A stretch of 64,000 nucleotides of DNA from Eukaryota sp. TZLM1-RC (lineage: Eukaryota; Protista; Metamonada: BaSk clade), in NCBI GenBank assembly GCA_040285825.1, contig JAUPSS010000004.1:1-64000 (forward strand). Direction: 5' to 3'. A program made the translations under genes and the position numbers. This document shows positions 1 through 11,793 of the stretch, piece by piece; position 1 is the stretch's first letter, and each line of letters starts with the position of its first letter. Under the pieces are notes generated by a model. That model was not told where the DNA came from. It searched no databases and saw only the letters and a program-made list of their open reading frames with translations.

Positions 1-3000
1 ATTCAACCAATCATACCAATGACTAATCAAATGACCATAGCAGGACTTTAACACCACAATTGTTATATTAATTGTCCCAAAATGGACTTTAAAGATTTGA
101 CCAATGATTGTAATAAACAACCATTGGTCAATATACGAAATAGGAACTTCATATGAGCCTCAGTAAATCGTATCAAAAACGATACTCTTACACTTACAGC
201 AATGGTTATATTAGTTTGCAACATTCAATTGTATACTTTTGATTTTTACTTTTTACAATTTAATGTTTAAAAATTAATACACTCAATTAATTCAAATATA
301 TACAAAATCAATTGAAAATGTAATCATGAGTTTGTACTGATCAAGTAACACATAGCCAACATTACTCACACAATTTCACACAAAGTTTGATCACAAGTTG
401 ATCATCTAGTACATAAAGACTACATGCAACTCATCTAATCATACCAATGACCATTCAACCAATCAAACCAATGACTACTCAAATGACCATAGCACGGACT
501 TTAACACCACAATTGTTATAATAATTGTCCCAAAATGGACTTTAAAGATTTGACCAATGATTGTAATAAACAACCATTGGTCAATATACGAAACTAGGAA
601 CTTCATATGAGCCTCAGTAAATCGTATCAAAAACGATACTCTTACACTTACAGCAATGGTTATATTAGTTTGCAACATTCAATTGTATACTTTTGATTTT
701 TACTATTTTACAATTTAATGTTTAAAAATTAATAACTCAATTAATTCAAATATATACAAAATCAATTGAAAATGTAATCATGAGTTTGTACTGATCAAGT
801 AACACATAGCCAACATTACTCACACACAATTTCACACAAAGTTTGATCACAAGTTGATCACATCTAGTACATAAAGACTACATGCAACTCATCTAATCAT
901 ACCAATGACCATTCAACCAATCAAACCAATGACTACTCAAATGACCATAGCACGGACTTTAACACCACAATTGTTATATTAATTGTCCCAAAATGGACTT
1001 TAAAGATTTGACCAATGATTGAAATAAACAACCATTGGTCAATATACGAAACTAGGAACTTCATATGAGCCTCAGTAAATCGTATCAAAAACGATACTCT
1101 TACACTTACAGCAATGGTTATATTAGTTTGCAACATTCAATTGTATACTTTTGATTTTTACTATTTTTACAATTTAATGTTTAAAAATTAATAACTCAAT
1201 TAATTCAAATATATACAAAATCAATTGAAAATGTAATCATGAGTTTGTACTGATCAAGTAACACATAGCCAACATTACTCACACAATTTCACACAAAGTT
1301 TGATCACAAGTTGATCACATCTAGTACATAAAGACTACATGCAACTCATCTAATCACACCAATGACCATTCAACCAATCAAACCAATGACTACTCAAATG
1401 ACCATAGCACGGACTTTAACACCACAATTGTTATAATAATTGTCCCAAAATGGACTTTAAAGATTTGACCAATGATTGAAATAAACAACCATTGGTCAAT
1501 ATACGAAATAGGAACTTCATATGAGCCTCAGTAAATCGTATCAAAAACGATACTCTTACACTTACAGCAATGGTTATATTAGTTTGCAACATTCAATTGT
1601 ATACTTTTTGATTTTTTACTATTTTTACAATTTAATGTTTAAAAATTAATAACTCAATTAATTCAAATATATACAAAATCAATTGAAAATGTAATCATGA
1701 GTTTGTACTGATCAAGTAACACATAGCCAACATTACTCACACACAATTTCACACAAAGTTTGATCACAAGTTGATCACATCTAGTACATAAAGACTACAT
1801 GCAACTCATCTAATCACAATGACCATTCAACCAATCAAACCAATGACTACTCAAATGACCATAGCACGGACTTTAACACCACAATTGTTATAATAATTGT
1901 CCCAAAATGGACTTTAAAGATTTGACCAATGATTGAAATAAACAACCATTGGTCAATATACGAAAACTAGGAACTTCATATGAGCCTCAGTAAATCGTAT
2001 CAAAACGATACTCTTACACTTACAGCAATGGTTATATTAGTTTGCAACATTCAATTGTATACTTTTGATTTTTACTATTTTTACAATTTAATGTTTAAAA
2101 ATTAATAAACTCAATTAATTCAAATATATACAAAATCAATTGAAAATGTAATCATGAGTTTGTACTGATCAAGTAACACATAGCCAACATTACTCACACA
2201 CAATTTCACACAAAGTTTGATCACAAGTTGATCACATCTAGTACATAAAGACTACATGCAACTCATCTAATCACCAATGACCATTCAACCAATCAAACCA
2301 ATGACTACTCAAATGACCATAGCACGGACTTTAACACCACAATTGTTATATTAATTGTCCCAAAATGGACTTTAAAGATTTGACCAATGATTGTAATAAA
2401 CAACCATTGGTCAATATACGAAACTAGGAACTTCATATGAGCCTCAGTAAATCGTATCAAAAACGATACTCTTACACTTACAGCAATTGTTTTATTAGTT
2501 TGCAACATTCAATTGTATACTTTTGATTTTTACTTTTTACAATTTAATGTTTAAAATTAATACACTCAATTAATTCAAATATATACAAAATCATTTGAAA
2601 ATGTAATCATGAGTTTGTACTGATCAAGTAACACATAGCCAACATTACTCACACACAATTTCACACAAAGTTTGATCACAAGTTGATCACATCTAGTACA
2701 TAAAGACTACATGCAACTCATAATCACACCAATGACCATTCAACCAATCAAACCAATGACTACTCAAATGACCATAGCACGGACTTTAACACCACAATTG
2801 TTATATTAATTGTCCCAAAATGGACTTTAAAGATTTGACCAATGATTGTAATAAACAACCATTGGTCAATATACGAAACTAGGAACTTCATATGAGCCTC
2901 AGTAAATCGTATCAAAACGATACTCTTACACTTACAGCAATTGTTTTATTAGTTTACAACATTCAATTGTATACTTTTGATTTTTACTATTTTTACAATT

Positions 3001-6000
3001 TAATGTTTAAAAATTAATACACTCAATTAATTCAAATATATACAAAATCAATTTGAAAATGTAATCATGAGTTTGTACTGATCAAGTAACACATAGCCAA
3101 CATTACTCACACACAATTTCACACAAAGTTTGATCACAAGTTGATCACATCTAGTACATAAGGACTACATGCAACTCATCTAATCACACCAATGACCATT
3201 CAACCAATCAAACCAATGACTACTCAAATGACCATAGCACGGACTTTAACACCACAATTGTTATATTAATTGTCCCAAAATGGACTTTAAAGATTTGACC
3301 AATGATTGTAATAAACAACCATTGGTCAATATACGAAACTAGGAACTTCATATGAGCCTCAGTAAATCGTATCAAAACGATACTCTTACACTTACAGCAA
3401 TTGTTTTATTAGTTTGCAACATTCAATTGTATACTTTTGATTTTTACTTTTTACAATTTAATGTTTAAAAATTAATACACTCAATTAATTCAAATATATA
3501 CAAAATCATTTGAAAATGTAATCATGAGTTTGTACTGATCAAGTAACACATAGCCAACATTACTCACACACAATTTCACACAAAGTTTGATCACAAGTTG
3601 ATCACATCTAGTACATAAAGACTACATGCAACTCATCTAATCACACCAATGACCATTCAACCAATCAAACCAATGACTACTCAAATGACCATAGCACGGA
3701 CTTTAACACCACAATTGTTATATTAATTGTCCCAAAATGGACTTTAAAGATTTGACCAATGATTGTAATAAACAACCATTGGTCAATATACGAAACTAGG
3801 AACTTCATATGAGCCTCAGTAAATCGTATCAAAACGATACTCTTACACTTACAGCAATTGTTTTATTAGTTTACAACATTCAATTGTATACTTTTGATTT
3901 TTACTTTTTTACAATTTAATGTTTAAAAATTAATACACTCAATTAATTCAAATATATACAAAATCAATTGAAAATGTAATCATGAGTTTGTACTGATCAA
4001 GTAACACATAGCCAACATTACTCACACACAATTTCACACAAAGTTTGATCACAAGTTGATCACATCTAGTACATAAAGACTACATGCAACTCATCTAATC
4101 ACACCAATGACCATTCAACCAATCAAACCAATGACTACTCAAATGACCATAGCACGGACTTTAACACCACAATTGTTATATTAATTGTCCCAAAATGGAC
4201 TTTAAAGATTTGACCAATGATTGTAATAAACAACCATTGGTCAATATACGAAACTAGGAACTTCATATGAGCCTCAGTAAATCGTATCAAAAACGATACT
4301 CTTACACTTACAGCAATTGTTTTATTAGTTTGCAACATTCAATTGTATACTTTTTGATTTTTTACTATTTTTTACAATTTAATGTTTAAAAATTAATAAA
4401 CTCAATTAATTCAAATATATACAAAATCAATTGAAAATGTAATCATGAGTTTGTACTGATCAAGTAACACATAGCCAACATTACTCACACACAATTTCAC
4501 ACAAAGTTTGATCACAAGTTGATCACATCTAGTACATAAAGACTACATGCAACTCATCTAATCACACCAATGACCATTCAACCAATCAAACCAATGACTA
4601 CTCAAATGACCATAGCACGGACTTTAACACCACAATTGTTATATTAATTGTCCCAAAATGGACTTTAAAGATTTGACCAATGATTGTAATAAACAACCAT
4701 TGGTCAATATACGAAACTAGGAACTTCATATGAGCCTCAGTAAATCGTATCAAAAACGATACTCTTACACTTACAGCAATTGTTTTATTAGTTTACAACA
4801 TTCAATTGTATACTTTTGATTTTTTACTTTTTACAATTTAATGTTTAAAAATTAATACACTCAATTAATTCAAATATATACAAAATCAATTTGAAAATGT
4901 AATCATGAGTTTGTACTGATCAAGTAACACATAGCCAACATTACTCACACACAATTTCACACAAAGTTTGATCACAAGTTGATCACATCTAGTACATAAA
5001 GACTACATGCAACTCATCTAATCATACCAATGACCATTCAACCAATCATACCAATGACTACTCAAATGACCATAGCAAGGACTTTAACACCACAATTGTT
5101 ATATTAATTGTCCCAAAATGGACTTTAAAGATTTGACCAATGATTGTAATAAACAACCATTGGTCAATATACGAAACTAGGAACTTCATATGAGCCTCAG
5201 TAAATCGTATCAAAACGATACTCTTACACTTACAGCAATTGTTTTATTAGTTTACAACATTCAATTGTATACTTTTGATTTTTTACTTTTTACAATTTAA
5301 TGTTTAAAAATTAATACACTCAATTAATTCAAATATATACAAAATCAATTGAAAATGTAATCATGAGTTTGTACTGATCAAGTAACACATAGCCAACATT
5401 ACTCACACACAATTTCACACAAAGTTTGATCACAAGTTGATCACATCTAGTACATAAGGACTACATGCAACTCATCTAATCATACCAATGACCATTCAAC
5501 CAATCATACCAATGACTACTCAAATGACCATAGCACGGACTTTAACACCACAATTGTTATATTAATTGTCCCAAAATGGACTTTAAAGATTTGACCAATG
5601 ATTGTAATAAACAACCATTGGTCAATATACGAAACTAGGAACTTCATATGAGCCTCAGTAAATCGTATCAAAAACGATACTCTTACACTTACAGCAATTG
5701 TTTTATTAGTTTACAACATTCAATTGTATACTTTTGATTTTTTACTTTTTACAATTTAATGTTTAAAAATTAATACACTCAATTAATTCAAATATATACA
5801 AAATCATTTGAAAATGTAATCATGAGTTTGTACTGATCAAGTAACACATAGCCAACATTACTCACACACAATTTCACACAAAGTTTGATCACAAGTTGAT
5901 CACATCTAGTACATAAGGACTACATGCAACTCATCTAATCATACCAATGACCATTCAACCAATCATACCAATGACTACTCAAATGACCATAGCACGGACT

Positions 6001-6620
6001 TTAACACCACAATTGTTATATTAATTGTCCCAAAATGGACTTTAAAGATTTGACCAATGATTGTAATAAACAACCATTGGTCAATATACGAAACTAGGAA
6101 CTTCATATGAGCCTCAGTAAATCGTATCAAAAACGATACTCTTACACTTACAGCAATGGTTTTATTAGTTTGCAACATTCAATTGTATACTTTTTGATTT
6201 TTTACTATTTTTACAATTTAATGTTTAAAAATTAATACACTCAATTAATTCAAATATATACAAAATCAATTGAAAATGTAATCATGAGTTTGTACTGATC
6301 AAGTAACACATAGCCAACACTACTGACACACAATTTCACACAAAGTTTGATCACAAGTTGATCACATCTAGTACATAAGGACTACATGCAACTCATCTAA
6401 TCATACCAATGACCATTCAACCAATCATACCAATGACTACTCAAATGACCATAGCACGGACTTTAACACCACAATTGTTATATTAATTGTCCCAAAATGG
6501 ACTTTAAAGATTTGACCAATGATTGTAATAAACAACCATTGGTCAATATACGAAACTAGGAACTTCATATGAGCCTCAGTAAATCGTATCAAAAACGATA
6601 CTCTTACACTTACAGCAATG
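1..6620 (-). repeat. Tandem array of ~460-bp units (~14 copies); each unit = 28S 3'-terminal ~70 nt + 3'-ETS/spacer
   Basis: Same sequence recurs every ~457-462 bp (e.g. track ORFs at 475, 933 and 5975, 6437). The last unit is continuous with the 28S gene at ~6620. Confidence 0.97.
6512..6546 (-). terminator. 3'-ETS hairpin just downstream of the 28S 3' end (candidate processing/termination signal), repeated in nearly every 460-bp unit
   Basis: Perfect 10-bp inverted repeat TTGACCAATG...CATTGGTCAA with an inner TTGT/ACAA extension, a few nt past the inferred 28S end. Function is inferred by analogy to the yeast Rnt1-cleaved 3'-ETS stem. Confidence 0.5.
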
Positions 6621-6975
6621 AGTTCCGTATCTTGGTCGTCTGCCAAGGTTTCATGATCCTGCGAATCTTCATAGTTTCAATGATCAATGAATAGTACTTA
6701 GACTAAACATCAATCCCACTGATGAGATATTGGGACTGTGTAAACACAATCCTAATCTTTATCGATTAAATTTGCAGGTCAATATATCATCCTTTCTAGG
6801 TTGGATACTAGCTTAGAGGCGTTCAGCTATAATCCAACGCATGTTAGCTTCACACCAATATCTTTTCAGATAAGCGTAAATACCAATTATGCGAAACAAC
6901 GGTTCCTCTCGTACTGGGTTGCTTTACTATTAGGATGACAATTATTCAGTAGGGTAAAACTAACCTGTCTCACGA

Positions 6976-7851
6976 TTGCATATCGCTTATTCTGTATCTT
7001 GCTATAGCGTTAGTACTAACCTCTCTGAAGACTGTTTTCCTGTTCCTGCTGCTCGTGATCGTGCTCTTCTGATTCTGGGTAAAGATGACACTAATGAATA
7101 TTTTGCAAATGCTTTAAAACCAAAAACTCAATGGGCATTGTGTAATACTATTCATGTAGAATCTGTTTCCAAATTGAAGTCAACATTGTCACCAACTGAG
7201 CATAACTTTTTCAAGTACAACACATTGCCTTTTTCTGGTTCCTTTTTGACAGTTTGTCCTGCTAACACATTTTCTAGCTTCAACGATTCTGAATTCCGCT
7301 TTTTAAGTCATCTCCGGTTATTGAAACTTGTAGACTTGCCGATCTGCTCGAATTGTGGCTTTAAGAATATTGCTTCTGCCCATTCGATGAATTGCAATCG
7401 TACCTCCAAAGCCGTGATTGGAAGACACGATCGATGCAAAATGTTTTTGGCTAAATTGCTAGACATTCCAAATTCTGATATTGAAATTTCCTTACGTAGC
7501 GACTCAATTATTGGAAAAGCTGATTTTTTGCTAAGAAATCCAACAAGGTTTGTTGATGTGACTGTTATTGGGGGACATGGTCATGAACTCGACCTTGCTC
7601 TTCAAGCAGCTGTAGTGCGGAAGAAAACCAAATATGCCAGCCTTGTTAAAGATGGCATTGTTAAGGAAGTGTGTCCCATTGTATTTTCTATTTTGGGAGG
7701 GATTGAGAAGGCAACACTGAAAGAGCTGAAATCATGGAAGTTGAACTCATATGATATGAGCATTTTGTCCTGTATCATTGCCAAGGGTTCATATCGTTGT
7801 CACTTGGCATATGAGTCCTATAGTAGGAAAATGGTGCCTGTGCGGAATTAG
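6976..7851 (+). CDS. C-terminal fragment of retrotransposon ORF (CCHC zinc knuckle + restriction-like endonuclease); no true start codon
   Basis: CSNC..H..NC..RHD, KAD..FVDVTVIGG..KKTKY..PIVFS..GG motifs. The open frame begins exactly at the 5' junction. Confidence 0.88.
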   Translation: MHIAYSVSCYSVSTNLSEDCFPVPAARDRALLILGKDDTNEYFANALKPKTQWALCNTIHVESVSKLKSTLSPTEHNFFKYNTLPFSGSFLTVCPANTFSSFNDSEFRFLSHLRLLKLVDLPICSNCGFKNIASAHSMNCNRTSKAVIGRHDRCKMFLAKLLDIPNSDIEISLRSDSIIGKADFLLRNPTRFVDVTVIGGHGHELDLALQAAVVRKKTKYASLVKDGIVKEVCPIVFSILGGIEKATLKELKSWKLNSYDMSILSCIIAKGSYRCHLAYESYSRKMVPVRN

Positions 7852-7904
7852 GTTGTGTAGTTTTGATTTCTTAATTTTCTAGTTTTTCTATATTTCCAAA
7901 TAAA
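6976..7904 (+). mobile_element. Family A: 5'-truncated RLE non-LTR retrotransposon (CRE-like) in 28S, antisense to rRNA
   Basis: 14-bp TSD AACCTGTCTCACGA (6962-6975 / 7905-7918). Ends in AATAAA. Encodes the C-terminal CCHC knuckle and RLE domain. Confidence 0.93.
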
Positions 7905-7945
<41 letters not shown>

Positions 7946-8047
7946 TTAATGGGTGAACAATCCAACGCTTTGAGAATTCTGCTTCTCAATGATAGGAAGA
8001 GCCGACATCGAAGAATCAAAAAGCAACGTCGCTATGAACGCTTGGCT

Positions 8048-8090
<43 letters not shown>

Positions 8091-8449
8091 AGCTAAAAGT
8101 TTCTTATAGTTAAAGGATCGTTAGGCCACAATTTCTTGGTTTGTATTCATACTGAAAATCAAAATCAAGTGAGCTTTTACCCTTATGTTCTACATGAGAT
8201 TTCTGTTCTCATTGAGCTCACCTTAGGACACCTCCGTTATTATTTTGGAGATGTGCCGCCCCAGCCAAACTCCCCATCTGACAATGTCCTTAAATCCGAT
8301 CGTATCCGAAGACACTTAAATCTTGAAACAGGAAACCTGTTTCGGATTAATTAAGTTAGCAAACCAATGTCAAGAGTCAGGGTGTTTCATTGGCGTAGAT
8401 AAATCTACTCCCCTGTACGCTACACCTCCTGAATCGGTTCACAATATCA

Positions 8450-8487
<38 letters not shown>

Positions 8488-8493
8488 GAATTA

Positions 8494-8529
<36 letters not shown>

Positions 8530-8551
8530 GGTAGGTAGGGACAGTGGGAAC

Positions 8552-8584
<33 letters not shown>

Positions 8585-8585
8585 G

Positions 8586-8630
<45 letters not shown>

Positions 8631-9540
8631 TGTTTACCCGTGCTTGATTGAATCTCTTCACAATGACATTCAGAGCACTGAGCAGAAATCACTTTCTGTC
8701 AACACCGTTTCCGGCCATCAGAAAGCTTTGTTTCGATTAAACAGTCGGGTTCCCTTTGTCCGTTACAGTTCTAGGTTGACCTTTAATTGCATAAAAGTAA
8801 TCCCAATGGATCAACACCTCGCATCAACGCAATTGTTGCCAATCACATCAACGCTCAGTGCGTCACCACTAGGGCTCTTACACAAGGCCCCTAGAGCCAA
8901 TCCTTATCCCGAAGTTACGGATCTATTTTGCCGACTTCCCTTACCTACGTTCTTCTATAGACCAGAGGCTACACACCTTGGAGACCTGATGCGGTTATCG
9001 GTACGGACAACAATGAAGTGATTACTCCTCTAGATTTTCAAGGGCCGTTGAGAATACACCGGACATTACAAAAACGTAATGCTCTTCCTATCTTATATCC
9101 ACTTCTCCTGTTAAACAGATTCCATGGACAATAGACAGTTAATAAGAAAAGATAACTCTTCCCAGGATCCTCCCCGACATCTCTAGATTCGATTGTGTTA
9201 CCACGAACACCCACTGTTGGTGCAGGAATATTAACCTGCTTCCCTTTCGACAGGACGGAGCTATAAAAGCCCCCTCTCAAAGAGTTAACCTGTGCCTTAG
9301 GACCGACTAACCCATGGCAGAATACCTTTACCATGGAACCCTACTCCACTTCGGTCAACAAGATTCCAACTTGTTTATTTGCTACTACCACCAAGATCTG
9401 CACTAGAGGCTGCTCCAGTCCATTTCACAATGAACCTTCTACGCAACCCCCACGACGTTCTACACATTAACTCATAAAATGATTTAATGGACATGTATAG
9501 GTGGCACACTTTAGCGCAATCAATTTTCAGGGCTAGTTGA

Positions 9541-9574
<34 letters not shown>

Positions 9575-10416
9575 ATTCCGACTTCCATGGCCACCGTCCT
9601 GCTGTCAATATCAACCAACACCTTTTCTGGGGTCTAAATGAGTGCACACTTAGGCACCTTAACATGTCTTTTGGAGCATCCCACATCGCCAGTTCTGCTT
9701 ACCAAAAATGGCCCACTTAGAGCTATTATTCAATTGCAACGATCACTTAAGTATCATCACAAATCTTGCCCATTTAAAGTTTGAGAATAGGCTAAGGACA
9801 TTGCGTCCCTAGTACCTCCAATCATTAGCTTTACCGGACAAAACTAAAACAAGCTCCAGCTATCCTGGGGGAAACTTCGAACGTAACCAGCTACTAGCCG
9901 CTTCGATGAGTCTTTCGCCCCTATACCCAAATTTGACGAGTGATTTGCACGTCAACATCGCTACGGACTTCCACCAGAGTTTCCCCTGGCTTCATCCTAT
10001 TCAGGCATAGTTCAGCGGCTTTCGGGTCGTATCCATTCTGCTCATACTCAGATCCCTTTGCAAGGACTGGTTGAGGGTGCAGTTGTAACTTCCCCTCATA
10101 AAATTACTTTCATTTCGCCTTCAGGTTTTTACACCCTACGACTTGCAGAAGAGATACACTCCTTGGTCCGTGTTTCAAGACGGGACAATTGAACCTTTTA
10201 TGTTGGAGTCTCGGTAAAACCGTATTCCTGATTCTTAAAAAAGAACAATTTATGAGGCTATAACACTACAATAAACCGAAGTTCATTATAGCTACCTTCC
10301 CCACAATCACTCAATTTTCAAAATCACACCAACGCAAGACAGCCGAAGCTATCAATATCAAGTTCCAATCGCTTATCCTTTCAGTGATTTCAGGTACTTT
10401 TAACTCTCTCTTCAGA

Positions 10417-10447
<31 letters not shown>

Positions 10448-10954
10448 GAACTATCGGTCTCCTTTTATATTTAGCTTTATGGGAAACTTACCCCACATTT
10501 AACGCTGCATTCCCAAACAGCGCGACTCTCGGAAAATCAGTAGTGAATCAATTACTTCGATGTCATTTACAGGATTTTCACCTTCCATGATACCCTTTTC
10601 CAAAGGACTTATACATCGAGAACCGAATACTGGTTTCCATAGACAACAACTCTTCACAATCAATAGATCATAAAGATTCAGTCTTGAGCTTTTTCCTGTT
10701 CGCTCGCCGCTACTAAGGAAATCATAGTTATTTTCTTTTCCTCCCCTTATTGATATGCTTAAGTCCAGGGGGTGATCTTACTTGAAATCAGGTCGAAATG
10801 ATGTCTAAAAGACAATATATGAAAGAGATGAGTCGTCAATTAATGTAAAAGTTGCCTTCAACAATAAATGTTGACAAAAGTCAATCATATATTTGATTAT
10901 TTAAGAAAAGAAGTAACCTTCAATTCCAATTATCCGAAATGGAAAAATAAAAGA

Positions 10955-11116
10955 CGACGCTGATTCAAGTATAGTTCAATAAAGCCGAAGCTCTAAAGAA
11001 CTACCATTTGCGTTCAAAGTTTCGATGATTCACAGATTCTGCAATTCACATTACGTATCGCAATTCGCTGCGTTCTTCATCGATAAAGGAGCCGAGACAT
11101 CCATCACTGAAAGTTG
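10955..11116 (-). rRNA. 5.8S rRNA
   Basis: Reverse complement has ATCGATGAAGAACGCAGCGAA, GAATTGCAGAATCTGTGAATCATCGAA and TTTGAACGCAA. Ends are approximate. Confidence 0.95.
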
Positions 11117-11214
11117 GATGTTTCATAGAAACTATTAGTTTTTATAATAAAAAGGGTTGGTTCGGTATTAGGTTTCAGTTAAAGTGAAACTTGGCACGCC
11201 AAGCTCACAAACGA

Positions 11215-11354
11215 CAATGATCCATCCGCAGGTTCACCTACGGATACCTTGTTACGACTTCTCCTTCCTCTAGATGCAAAGATTCACTGAATTTTCCCAA
11301 CAAGTCTTGCTTTGCAGCTTAACCCATTGAGTCCAAACATTTCACCTCAACATC

Positions 11355-11400
<46 letters not shown>

Positions 11401-11793
11401 TTCAGCGCATGCTGATGACATGCACTTACAAGTTATTCCTCGTTCAAGACCCATAATTGCAAGGATCTATCCCAGTCAAGATAGGTATTCACAAGATTAC
11501 CCAAACCTTTCGGTTAAGGACAAACTCGTTGTACCTACCATTGTAGCGCGCGTGCGGCCCAGAACATCTAAGGGCATCACAGACCTGTTATTGCCTAAAC
11601 CTTCCTCTGTGTAAAACCACAGCAGTCTCGCTAAGAAGTTCAAACTATCCGAAAATAGAATAAAACTAGTTAGCAATTTAGATCTCGTTCGTTATCGGAA
11701 TTAACCAGACAAATCACTCCACCAACTAAGAACGGCCATGCGCCACTAACCGTAAGATCATGAAAGAGCTATCAATCTGTCAATCCTTATCAC
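11215..11793 (-). rRNA. 18S rRNA 3' fragment (downstream of the element D junction)
   Basis: GTAGGTGAACCTGCGGATGGATCATTG and GTACACACCGCCCGTC present. Breaks at CCTTATCAC (11793) relative to the intact copy at 18991-19010. Confidence 0.95.

Larger units (their letters stand above)
6550..10796 (-). rRNA. 28S (LSU) rRNA gene, interrupted at 6976-7904
   Basis: Reverse complement contains GACTTAAGCATATCAATAAG (5' end), CCGTCTTGAAACACGGACCAAGG, an intact R2 site TTAAGGTAGCCAAATGCC (~8593-8610), the sarcin-ricin loop AGTACGAGAGGAAC (6902-6915) and 3'-terminal TGTAAG..GAGTA..TACGAT..CTGAG. Ends are approximate. Confidence 0.97.
10135..11793 (-). repeat. Left copy of 1.66-kb rDNA direct duplication (28S 5' part, ITS2, 5.8S, ITS1, 18S 3' part)
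   Basis: Near-identical to 17340-18999; the differences I saw are one substitution and a few homopolymer lengths. Confidence 0.95.

Noticed and set aside
475-678. Recurrent 60-69 aa ORFs (MLQTN...) in the 460-bp repeat
   Set aside because: Start and frame are lost in many units and the sequence overlaps the 28S 3' end and hairpin; not a protein gene.
1-6620. CRISPR-like array
   Set aside because: Whole units are near-identical with no unique spacers, and the context is eukaryotic.
6976-7904. Group I intron with homing endonuclease at the L2593-like site
   Set aside because: It has a TSD, an AATAAA end, antisense orientation and an RLE protein fragment; no group I core motifs seen.
8136-11614. 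ORFs overlapping rRNA genes (also 18518-18820, 19855-20037)
   Set aside because: Incidental frames within conserved rRNA.
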